Shown: positions 53,462 through 63,630, counted from the first letter of the stretch. The stretch is 64,000 nt of DNA from Eledone cirrhosa (GCA_964016885.1 OZ024748.1:35650001-35714000); one strand, 5' to 3'. Numbers and translations are program-made. The notes: generated by a model not told the origin, from the sequence alone.

Positions 53462-56400
53462 ATGGCCATAAGAGTAGGAAGTTTAAATGTTCGTGGCCTG
53501 GGGTCGCCCTGGAAGCAAGGTCACTTGCTCAACGACCTCAGGTCACTAGGAATGGATGTAATTGCCATCAGCGAGACCAGAATTTCCGACACACGCGCAC
53601 TGGCGCCGATTTTCGACGATTATCAGATCTTTGCATCTGTTAGTCGGCCGGGAATGGGAGGTGGAGTGGCTGTGCTGTTTAGGAAATGTCTGGATCTCGA
53701 GGTAAGGTCAATCTTCCGGGATCCTGACGGAAAGTTGGTGGTCCTGGACGTGAGCAATAGCGAAGGTGGTGCCTTTAGACTGGTGGCCGTCTACGCCCCT
53801 ACTGGGGCCGGTCGGCCGGACTTCTTTAGGCGCCTGGAAAACTTTCTGCCTACGTCTCGCCCTTTACTGTTAATAGGGGATTGGAATGGCATCTTAGAAG
53901 CACGCTGGGATTGTGTGGGAGTATCTGATAGGAGCGGGGGGTGCAAAAGCCTCAAGTACCTGATCAGCCAGTTTCAACTGTCTGACAGGTACCGACTAGA
54001 TTTCCCTAATGCGCCAGTATGGACCTGGACCAATCGCATAGGGTCATCTAGATCGTACATAGATAGGATTTTCATTAGGAAAAGAGATAGAAATAGTGTA
54101 GGATGTCCACATTTTAAAACGGTTGCCTATTCAGATCACAAGCTTGTGATCTGTATGGTCGACCTAGATAAGACACGTAGGTTAGGACCTAGCTACTGGA
54201 AGCTAAACATGTCGTTTCCGGCACGTAAAGCTTACAGGGACCGGGTCAACAACTTAGTTAAGCAAAAGTTGACAGGGGGGGTTGTCAACAACAGGTGGTG
54301 GGGGGCTCTCAAAAGAGAGATTAGAGCAACCTCGATAGGATTTAGCAAAGAAGTAGCAATAGAGAAAATTAGAAAGGAGGAGGGGCTGATAGCTAAGTTA
54401 GACGAGGCTATTTGTAGTGGCATTGCAACAGACGTGCTAGCGGCGAGAATGGCACTAGACCATTTCTTCAATGCGAAACACGAAGGTTGCATTGTCAGAG
54501 CTAAGGCGCGTGCTCTGAGGAACGAGGGAACCAAAGCTGCCCGATGGGCTCGCTTTGCAGAGACGCAGCGTGGAAATAAAACCACAATTCGGTCTTTGAC
54601 GGATCGAGATGGACACGAACTGAGCGATTCCAAGCAGATGTGTGAGGCCTTTCGCCAGCACTTTGCTCGATTGTTCGGGAGGATGGGTGAGTCGGAGACA
54701 GCGGCGGACTTCAGTCCCTACCTCGACGGCTTGCCACGCCTCTCGACGGCCGACGCTGAGCGCTGCGAAGAGCCGATAACATCAGTCGAAATTCAGGACG
54801 CCCTTGTCGGCTGCTCGAGTCGCAAGTCACCCGGTTTGGTGGTCTGCCCTACGAGCTTTACGTAAATATGCCAGACTTGTTCTCCGATCTCCTCGAAGCG
54901 CTCTACTGCAACTGGCAGCAGAACGGGAGCATTCCCAGTTCTGTGAGCCGTGGCGTAGTGACGCTGATAAGGAAAGACGAGAACAAGAGGGACACACTAG
55001 ATAATTTCAGGCCCATAACCCTGCTCAACACAGAGTTTAAGATTTTGGCCAAGGTGTTAGCGAAAAGGTTGGCGCTTGTCGTCAAAGATTTGGTTGGGGA
55101 GGCGCAAACTTGCGCAATCCCGACCAGGTCCATACACGACAACCTCCACCTCATGCGATACATCATAGAGAGGGTTGGGTGCAAACCTGGCTTCGGTGGG
55201 GCTCTGATCAATTTAGATCAATCGAAAGCATTCGATAGGGTCGACCATCGGTACTTGGAGGCTGTCCTCGAAGCGGCTGGCTTCGGCCCCGTCTTCAGAA
55301 GATGGATCGCTGCAATGTACAGCGGCATCTGCTCGGTGGTCAAAGTTAATGGCCACCTCTCGGAACCGTTTCAGATCTCTCGATCGGTCCGTCAAGGGTG
55401 CCCTCTCTCCTCACTTCTGTACATATTGACTCTTGAGCCTCTACTGCGGAAGCTGGAGTTGTTGCAGGGCATCCCGCTCGAACCGGGACGTAGAAAGGCT
55501 GCGTCCGCTTATGCGGACGACATCACCGTGATGGTGTCGGACACCTCGGAAATCGAGGTGATCCGCACCCATTTGGAGGAATATGAAAGGTTGACGGGAG
55601 CAAAACTTAACCCGGAAAAGTCGGTGGGCTTACAGCTCGGCACCTGGAGAGGCAAGTCCATGCCGACCAACAGCGTCGTTGGGCGCTGGACAGACGGACC
55701 GGTAAAGTTGCTCGGGGTTTGGTTCGGACCAGACCTCCAGGTGGATAAGAATTGGGACGAGGTGACGAGCAGGATAGCCAACCTCACCCAGAAATGGGTT
55801 GAGAGAAAGCTATCACTGAAAGGGCGGGCGGAGGTGGCGAACGCGTACATCGCGTCCGTCATCTACTACCGCCTGACCGTCGTGCCTTGCCCCCGTCCAC
55901 GCCTCGCCAATTTGGAACGGCTCCTTTTCAAATTTTTGTGGAGGGGACGGGTCCCGTTGGTGAGGCGGTCCATCTGCTGCCAGCACCCTCTTCGTGGAGG
56001 GCTAGGCATGCCGTGGCTAATGATGCGCAGACATGCGCTGAGGCTGCGACATCTCCAGATATTTTGCCTAAACGGTGAACAGGTGTGGTCGCCGTTTGTT
56101 AGATGGGCCTTTCCGCAGCTCATCTCTTTGACTGAGCTGCAGTCCTGGGTCAAGAAGAGACCGAGACTGGGCGACTGGCATCTGGAATGTTGCCAGGCGC
56201 TCACTGCACTCTGCAAGGTGGGCAATGCGGTCAGTGGAACTTCCACTCAAGATTTCTATAGAGGATTAGTGGAGGGCAAGTACGATGACGTACTAGGAGA
56301 GGCTCTAGGCGTCAACGAAGTAGAACTGACCAGTATGTTCCGGAGGACTTTCGAGCCGGGGACGATGGATAACTTCCAGAAATCCCTCGCTTGGCAGTGC

Positions 56401-56880
56401 TACCGGGGGGCGCTGCCGGTTCGGGATAAACTCTACAGGCACGGAAGTGCTGTCAGACGAACCTGCCCGAGATGCGCGCAGAGCGACGAAACCGTTCTGC
56501 ACGCACTCGTCCAGTGTCCGTGCATTGCTGACTTTTGGGGTTATGTCGAACAGCTATTGTCGCGTGTAGAACGGATCCGGCTATCGTCCGAGTCCATAGT
56601 GAAGATTGACCCGCCGCCTTCTTTTGGTCAGGAAGGGCAGGCAATTTTCCTCTGCCTGGTGGCAGTAGCGAAAGAGGTTGCATGGTGGACCAGGTTGAAA
56701 GGACTGAAGACAGACACTTTTCTCTTCGGCCAATCCCTCATCAACTTCTTCAAGTTTCACTTGGAAAGGAAGGTGAGGGTGGAGAGAGAAGTGCTGCCCC
56801 CCAGTACATTTACTGAAAGGTGGGTGAATGTGGCGAGAATGGCCCGCGTGAGTGGGCCTACTCTGATCATGCGCCTGTAG
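53462..56880 (+). pseudogene. Tx1 ORF2 (APE-RT-Zn), intact except for one 1-nt deletion at ~54839
   Basis: APE motifs GSLNVRG, ISET, VYAP, GDWN, SYIDRIF and SDH. RT motifs FRPITLLNTEFKILAK, DQSKAFDRVDH, VRQGCPLS and AYADD. C-terminal CPRC-x8-H-x4-C. The 467-aa and 670-aa ORFs join at SPGL(D)GLPYELY. Confidence 0.95.
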
Positions 56881-57147
56881 GCTGGTGAATTCGAGAAGGA
56901 GAGGGGTGCCCTTCCCGGGTGCCCTAGGAGCGTCGGGTGGCTGAGGACTGGTGGGGTGCTTGAGTCAACCCTGGGTGGTGATCCCTCTTATTGGGGAACT
57001 TTCATTGTTGTATTTTTATTGTTATTTTGTTTTTTGTTATTTATACTTACTCGATCTCTATGTAAACCCCCACTGTCCCTGTCTATTGTGTTGTCCCCTA
57101 TATGTCGGCCCTTGTGGCCAATAAATGAAATCATTATTATTATTATT

Positions 57148-57821
57148 GTTCTTTGAGTCTCAGTCATTGATGTTATTTAACTGGAAATTTTGTTGAAATG
57201 AATATCAAGCCGCTACCTGCAGCCTCAGATATTCAGGACGTATCGGAGGGTTCTTGCTGTTCCTAGCAAGCATGCCTTTTGAAGTGTTCCCAAAAGCGGG
57301 GCTGGACTAATCTTCTTTAACCATCCTTGGAAACTCTTTGTGATAGTATCTAGTGCTCCTACGACAATCGGGACGACCTTGATTTCATGACAGTTCCAAA
57401 TCCTTTTTAACTCCCACTTTAAATCCTGGTATCGGTTAATTTTCTCCCTCTCCTTTTCTTGCACTCTCGTGTAAAATGGGCAGGCTATATCTACAATCAG
57501 ACACGATCTTTTTTCCTTGTCCCAAACTACCAGGTCAGGCCTATTGTGTTCCAGTTTCTTGTCCGTCTGTATCCTAAAATCCCATAGCACCTTCACCTGA
57601 TCGTTTTCTATCACCGACTCTGGCTTATGCTCATACCACTTCTTAGAATGTGGTAAATTATTTACTTTGCATAGGTGCCAGTGGATCACCCTGCCTATCA
57701 CATTATGTCTCCAGCCTTTATAGTGAGTCTGAGCTAGGTGTTTACACTCGGATACAATGTGAGCTACAGTCTCCTCTCTCTCTCCACAGATCCTACACAG
57801 TGGGCTAGCCTCCTCCTTGTC
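57148..57821 (-). mobile_element. 5'-truncated R4/Dong copy (Zn knuckle + RLE domain + 3' UTR) inside an (ATT)n tract
   Basis: CRICGEREETVAHIVSEC, RH, NRPDLVV, DIACP. Closely similar to 42516-43190, with the same 3' terminus. Confidence 0.92.
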
Positions 57822-57822
57822 A

Positions 57823-57852
<30 letters not shown>

Positions 57853-57853
<1 letters not shown>

Positions 57854-57960
57854 TCAAATCCCGTCGAGGTTAACTTTGCCTTTCATCCTTACGGGGTCGA
57901 TAAAATAAAGTACCAGTAATACACTGGATAATTGCTGGCCTTGTGTCAAAAGTAGAAACA
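57853..57960 (+). mobile_element. 5'-truncated SINE starting within the B box
   Basis: TTCAAATCCCG...GCCTTTCATCCTTACGGGGTCGATAAAATAAAGTACCAG...GCTGGCCTTGTGTCAAAAGTAGAAACA followed by (ATT)n. Confidence 0.8.
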
Positions 57961-58000
57961 ATTATTATTATTATTATTGTTGTTGTTATTGTTCATTATT

Positions 58001-58041
58001 ATGCACCGGGATAATTGCTGGCCTTGTGCCAAAAGTAGAAA
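58001..58041 (+). mobile_element. SINE 3'-end fragment
   Basis: ATGCACCGGGATAATTGCTGGCCTTGTGCCAAAAGTAGAAA between ATT runs. Confidence 0.7.
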
Positions 58042-58604
58042 TAATAATTATTATTATCAATTTAGTTATTTTCAACCACTCATATTTTTTAAAAGCTTCA
58101 ATCGATATAAAAAAGAGACTACAAATCGATCAGCAAACAATATTTTGCTACAACTTATTCAACCGAACAACACAGAAACAATAAGGCTACTGTTTATTTT
58201 AGTTTCGTTTCTTCGTTACAAATCAGATTTTATACATAATTCTATAACGAAGTGGCCCCAATGGAACAATTATGTTTCACGGTCGAGGACCCAATTTTCT
58301 AGTTTAAAACACATGATTATTTGAGCTTAAGAGAAATGTGACATACCTGTAATTTCTGTAAGCGAGCTGTGACAATATAATTATTCGGATTACTTGTGTT
58401 AATGGTATTTATTACTGATAAACGTGGGAAAGTCTATATGTTCAATTTAGCAATAGAAACCCCCACCCTCAACTATTTCCCCTCCCCGACACCACATGCA
58501 GTGTGTGAACGAGGTTTAGTCTCTCCGTTGTTCCTCGATCACCCCCCCCCCCACTAAATTACACCCTACAGTCATAAACATAAGATAATGTAGTCGTAAA
58601 TACA

Positions 58605-58750
58605 ATATAGTAATATGTAAATATAGTAATATGTAAATATAGTAATATGTAAATATAGTAATATGTAAATATAGTAATATGTAAATATAGTAATATGTAA
58701 ATATAGTAATATGTAAATATAGTAATATGTAAATATAGTATATGTAAATA
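58605..58750. repeat. 16-bp minisatellite (TAATATGTAAATATAG), about 9 copies
   Basis: Unit starts at 58611, 58627 and onward. Confidence 0.92.
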
Positions 58751-58892
58751 ACAAAACAGAGAAAACAACAAGAAACGGGTGAGATGATCATGGCTAGAAC
58801 TCCTTTGTTTATCGTTTGTTTGATCAGCGTTGACCTAGGGCTAAAACACAACAATAACAACAATAACAACAACAACTGCAGCAACAATAGAA

Positions 58893-59120
58893 ATAATTGT
58901 TTCTGATTTCGACATAAGGCTAACAAATTTTTTGAGGAAGGGGGGGGGGGGAGAAAGTGAATTAAATCTACCCTAGTGCATTACTGGTATTTTATTTTAT
59001 CGACTCCCCGTAAGGATGAAATGTAAAGCTAACCTTGGTGGGATTTGAACTCAGAACGTAAAACTCTATGCCGCAACGCATGTTGCCAGACGCTCTACCG
59101 AGTACTGCCAATACACTACC
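58893..59120 (-). mobile_element. Full-length tRNA-derived SINE (A box, B box, MetaSINE-like core, C-tract, 3' tail)
   Basis: Minus strand: TGGCAGTACTCGGT (A-box-like), GAGTTCAAATCC (B box), TTTCATCCTTACGGGGAGTCGATAAAATAAAATACCAG, ...AGCCTTATGTCGAAATCAGAAACAATTATT. Confidence 0.8.
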
Positions 59121-59315
59121 CAACAAAAAAAGAAATAAAAACAACAACAATAACGATAAAGACAACAAAAGACCCCCCACCCCCACCACCACCACCATTA
59201 ACACCAACAACAATAACAACAACACCATGATCGTTTCCTTTTACAACATGTCTTAATTATGTCATTAATGAATAATTATGGTTTCTTTTATAAGAAAACA
59301 AAACATACAAGATGT

Positions 59316-59381
59316 ATACACACACACATATATATATACACACACATACATATATATATACACACACATACATATATATAT

Positions 59382-59414
<33 letters not shown>

Positions 59415-59415
59415 C
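59316..59415. repeat. Compound (CA)n/(TA)n microsatellite
   Basis: Read directly. Confidence 0.9.
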
Positions 59416-59914
59416 ATGTTCATACTCAAGCAGACGCGTATATATATATATTTATTAAAATAACAGATTTCAATAACCTCTGTAATTTATTTACATTATT
59501 CTTAACACTGAAGCCGAGAATCATTCGGTTTCCTAAATAGAATTTTAGTCTACGACTTCCGTTATACCATAAACGTGGTTTTGTCTTTGCGTGTAATTGT
59601 TTTCAGCGCTCCAAATAATGACGTATTATCTTCGTTTTTTATCATTCTTTGCCAGGGAACTTTTCCACGAACCAAAGTATCGTCTTCCTGTCTTCCTTCG
59701 GTTGCAACGTTTTTCGAAATATTTACTTTTGCGTTCACAGATTGATTTTTTTAGTTTCAGAAGATCCCGTTAAGGGTGAAAACAGCGATTTTTTGCTTAA
59801 ACTTTAATCTGTTATTTTAATAAATATTTGCTCTACGGTTCTTATATATTTGATATATATTTATCCTTATCGAGCCCTCTTTGGATTTTAGTCTTCAAAT
59901 TTATTATTATTACT

Positions 59915-59936
59915 ATATATATATATATATATATAT

Positions 59937-60026
<90 letters not shown>

Positions 60027-60108
60027 TATATATATATATCTACATATATATATACATATATATATATATGTACATATATATATATACATATATATATTTA
60101 TATATATA

Positions 60109-60191
<83 letters not shown>
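59915..60191. repeat. Compound (TA)n/(CA)n microsatellite
   Basis: Read directly. Confidence 0.95.
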
Positions 60192-60197
<6 letters not shown>

Positions 60198-60240
60198 TCA
60201 AAATATTAATAAATATAGACATTCATATAATCAAATATAT

Positions 60241-60300
60241 TTTATTATATATATTTCGGAGGTACTGTGCTGTTTCCTCAGTACGTCCTCATCAGATAAA
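60241..60300 (-). ncRNA. Minimal type I hammerhead ribozyme with canonical core (Penelope copy C)
   Basis: UUUAU-CUGAUGA-GGACGUACUG(loop)CAGUACCUCC-GAAA-UAUAU-AUA-AUAAA. Helix I 5 bp, helix II 9 of 10 bp, palindromic AUAUAUAU helix III. Confidence 0.88.
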
Positions 60301-61459
60301 ATATTCCAGTCTTGGCAGTGATTAATTATAACAAAACTCATCATTTATACCATAAGTACTAACATGACAAACTACATATAATGGAGAGGGTGAGTAGGAA
60401 AAAGTGTAGAAAAAAAAAATAGATAAATAAAATACATAAACACATAAGTTCATAAATGTTAAATATTTAAATATTTAAATATGTAAATATCCGTATTAGA
60501 TAAAAAAACAAATGAGAGAGAGAGAGCTAAATAGAGGAGAAAAGGAAAAGATAGAGAGATGAAGATAAAAACGAAGAGAGGGAGATAGAGATGGTAGAAT
60601 ATAACTACATAGGGAAAAGAAGAATAGAAGGTACATGATGCGTGACCGTTTTTTTTTCAAATATTAAGTTAGGTAGAAACGATCAATTAAATACTGTGAA
60701 CATTTTTATTCTATAATATTTGAAAGAAATTATACTATTATATTATATCAAAATTAAAACAATATAGAATAATATAAAATAATATAACATATTTTCAATG
60801 ATAATCTGGAGCATATTATCATTAATAAATAAATACATTCGATAATTTAGTTATAAAATTCAAAGTTATAAATATTATTAACTAACAATGATGCTTACAA
60901 ATATAGTAAATATGATATTATTAAACTTAACTTGGATATTAACAACTGTATATGCATTTTATATGTTTAGAAATATAAATATTATAAACAATACTATTTA
61001 AATCAATATTTGTCAATTACATATAGGATTAATTATTAGTTATATTTACACTTGAGAGTATTATTATTTCGATTCAACCAAATCTTACTGTGTTAAATAC
61101 TATAAATCAAGTTAAATACAGATTATTAATCAATTTGAATAAAACGAAACTTATACACGATAAATGTAAACAATATCTCCGTAGGACGTATCTAAACGTT
61201 TAAATTAATTAAACGGTTTGAAAGCCTGAAGATATTACAGATCTAAAATTTATAAAATTCAAGATTTAAAAAGAGGATTCTAAATTGAACTAAAGGTATT
61301 GAATCAATCAAGAGAGTATCAATTATCATACTCTTTTAAAGAACAGGTATGCATTTCCTAAGGTGAGGTAGAACAATATACACAACATCAATAATAACAA
61401 TAATAATAATAGTAGTAGCATTACAAGAATTATTAATAAAAGTCAATATCTTTTCTCAC

Positions 61460-63137
61460 TCAGTCAATGTTTTTTTCCTAAATTTATGTGATGCTTGAAA
61501 TATTGTTGCAGATTTATGGAGGCAATTTGAGAATAACTCACTTTTTTTATTAATTAAATTACCATAATTAGCAATTATTAATAGAGTCTCAAAGATTGCA
61601 GTTAGGTGAGGTGGAATTATTCCGATATACTTCACAGTTTCGAACTTTACTCCAAGAGATTGAGTATTTTATATTTTTCTCTTTTAAAGACCATATTGAT
61701 TGTGATAAAGGAATAGAAAATTTCTTATCCGGATTAGAAAAAGAATGTTTATGATTGGAAAATCTCAGTTTAAAGTTCGATGAAGTTGCACCTATGTAGT
61801 TATAAGTAATATTATTATTTGCTTTAATGGTACATTTATATACTAAATTCTTATCAAGGCAGTTATTTTGCAAAGGGCATTCAGATTTTCTTCTACAGTT
61901 ACAGTTCGATTTCAGGCTATTTCTATAATCTAAACTGTTCGCATTATCATTGTTAATACTTGTAGGTGTTTTACTGTAAGTGCTTAAATTAATGTTATTG
62001 TTATTCTCAATAACAATAATATTATTATTATTATTAATTATATGTTGGTTATAACTAAGAATTCTGCTATTTATTTTTGCAACATTTTGAGCCATATTCA
62101 TAGTTGTTGAGTAAGATAGTTTAACTGTGTGTCTATTGAAGATAGAATAATATTTACGTGTTCTAGGGAAACATTTATCTAATGCTTTAAAAAATAATTG
62201 TGCTAAAGGTGTTTTAATAGCTAAAGATGCAGGTGGGGCATACCAAATAATAGATCTAGTTCTAATTTTTTTCCCTGATTTATTCTCGAAATTGGTATTT
62301 TTATTTATATTTTTTATTATTTTTATTTTTATTTTTATTTTTACAGTCTGTTTTATTTATATTATTCCTATTATTATGAATATTTAGTTTATAATTACAA
62401 TTATTATTTTCTACATATTCAATATTATTTTTATATCCTGCTTTATGTAACGCTTCATTATAATATCCAGCTTTACTATTAAAAATGGATTTGTTAGCAG
62501 ATAATTTAGTTAAACGTTGTTGAACACTATTGACTATTGCATTTTTAACACATTTAGGATGATTGGAATAAAAACTAACATAATTTAGGTTTTCATTGGG
62601 TTTATGGAAGAGGTAATATAGGCCTTAGTTTAAATAAAGGGTTACGACTAGGAAGTTAACTATTTTACTGTTACTTTCTACTTCTAATTTCAGGTCGCAT
62701 TTTTAAAGAATTCTATAATTATTTTCTTTACTCTATTTAATTCATTATTGCTATGTCTAACTACAGTAAATAATATATCATCTCTATATAAACCACCGGT
62801 AATCTCCGGCAGTTTTCTATTTATCATATTAAGGATAAAAATTCCCAGAAGATCGGTAAACTGCGCAGAATCGGACGATCCCATGGTAATGTCGAAATTC
62901 TTCTGCCTATCCGAACGAGTCCAAAAATCATTATTAAAGTTAATCAAGGTTCGCGTAGCCGCTAAATAATATTAATCTCCTCACTAGATAGATCAGTGTG
63001 TTTATATGCGTATGATTTTGCTTTATTCAAAAGGTTAGGAGTTATTGAGGTGAAGTAACTCGCTATGTCCATTTGAATAAATTTATGATTTTTCTTATTT
63101 TCAATGTTCTTAAACCAATCTATGACTTCACTAGGTT
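61460..63137 (-). pseudogene. Penelope-type RT + GIY-YIG, frameshifted
   Basis: EVIDWF, KFIQMDI, FDITMGSSDSAQFTDLLG, GGLYRDD, KIVNFL, VKLSYST, CNC-x5-C-x5-C, LVYKC...YIGAT...FKLRFSNH, INKK.ELFSNCLH. Confidence 0.9.
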
Positions 63138-63159
63138 ATATATATATATATATATATAT
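63138..63159. repeat. (TA)n tract separating Penelope copy C from the 310-bp array
   Basis: Read directly. Confidence 0.9.
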
Positions 63160-63320
63160 AAATTGGAATAAATGCTCTGAAATAGCGATATATATGTGAA
63201 TATAGACATAGAATATTCGAAAATATTCTGTATGTTTATAATAAACATTTTGAAGACCTAATCGCTATAGAATAGAATACGTCACGTATTACAATTAGAT
63301 TCTCGATAAAAGCAAGGGAA

Positions 63321-63363
63321 GTAATCTACGCGTTTCATTCTTGTTAGAAATCATCAGGACTAC
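63321..63363 (-). ncRNA. Minimal type I hammerhead ribozyme, monomer 1
   Basis: GUAGUC-CUGAUGA-UUUCU-AACA-AGAAU-GAAAC-GC-GUA/GAUUAC. Predicted cut between 63327 and 63326. Confidence 0.9.
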
Positions 63364-63630
63364 ATATCCAGTGCTTTTATCGAGAATGACACAGCTAGAG
63401 ACTTATAGAATACTTAGCTGTGTACAGGAACTGGTTTGAAAGAGCGGTTGCCGGTCCGGCAGAAATTAGAAATTGGAATAAATGCTCTGAAATAGCGATA
63501 TATATGTGAATATAGACATAGAATATTCGAAAATATTCTGTATGTTTATAATAAACATTTTGAAGACCTAATCGCTATAGAATAGAATACGTCACGTATT
63601 ACAATTAGATTCTCGATAAAAGCAAGGGAA

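Larger units (their letters stand above)
52850..57147 (+). mobile_element. L1/Tx1-clade LINE copy 2 (different subfamily), 5'-truncated in ORF1, young
   Basis: ORF1 C-terminus, almost intact ORF2, 3' UTR with AATAAA (~57120), (ATT)n on both flanks. Confidence 0.92.
60192..63137 (-). mobile_element. AT-rich Penelope-like element copy C (second Naiad-like family), 5'-truncated, bounded by (TA)n on both sides
   Basis: RT and GIY-YIG remnants at 61460-63137, ~1.2 kb 3' UTR and a terminal hammerhead at 60241-60300. Confidence 0.88.

Noticed and set aside
43762-56683. Many short antisense or alternate-frame ORFs overlapping the LINE ORFs
   Set aside because: Shadow frames of retroelement coding sequence with no independent motifs.
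59460-59900. Unique-looking segment as a host exon or promoter
   Set aside because: No recognisable ORF, splice structure or RNA gene; left unannotated.
58516-60321. Tyr/Ile/His/Thr-rich ORFs
   Set aside because: Translations of (TA)n, (CA)n, (CAA)n and the 16-bp minisatellite.
61589-61591. TGA at the conserved Cys of CNLC in Penelope copy C as selenocysteine (reported for some Naiad elements)
   Set aside because: The downstream protein (ETLLII...) continues in another frame, so an ~8-nt deletion explains the TGA. Other Cys positions use TGY, and copies A and B have TGC here. A family consensus plus SECIS search would settle it.
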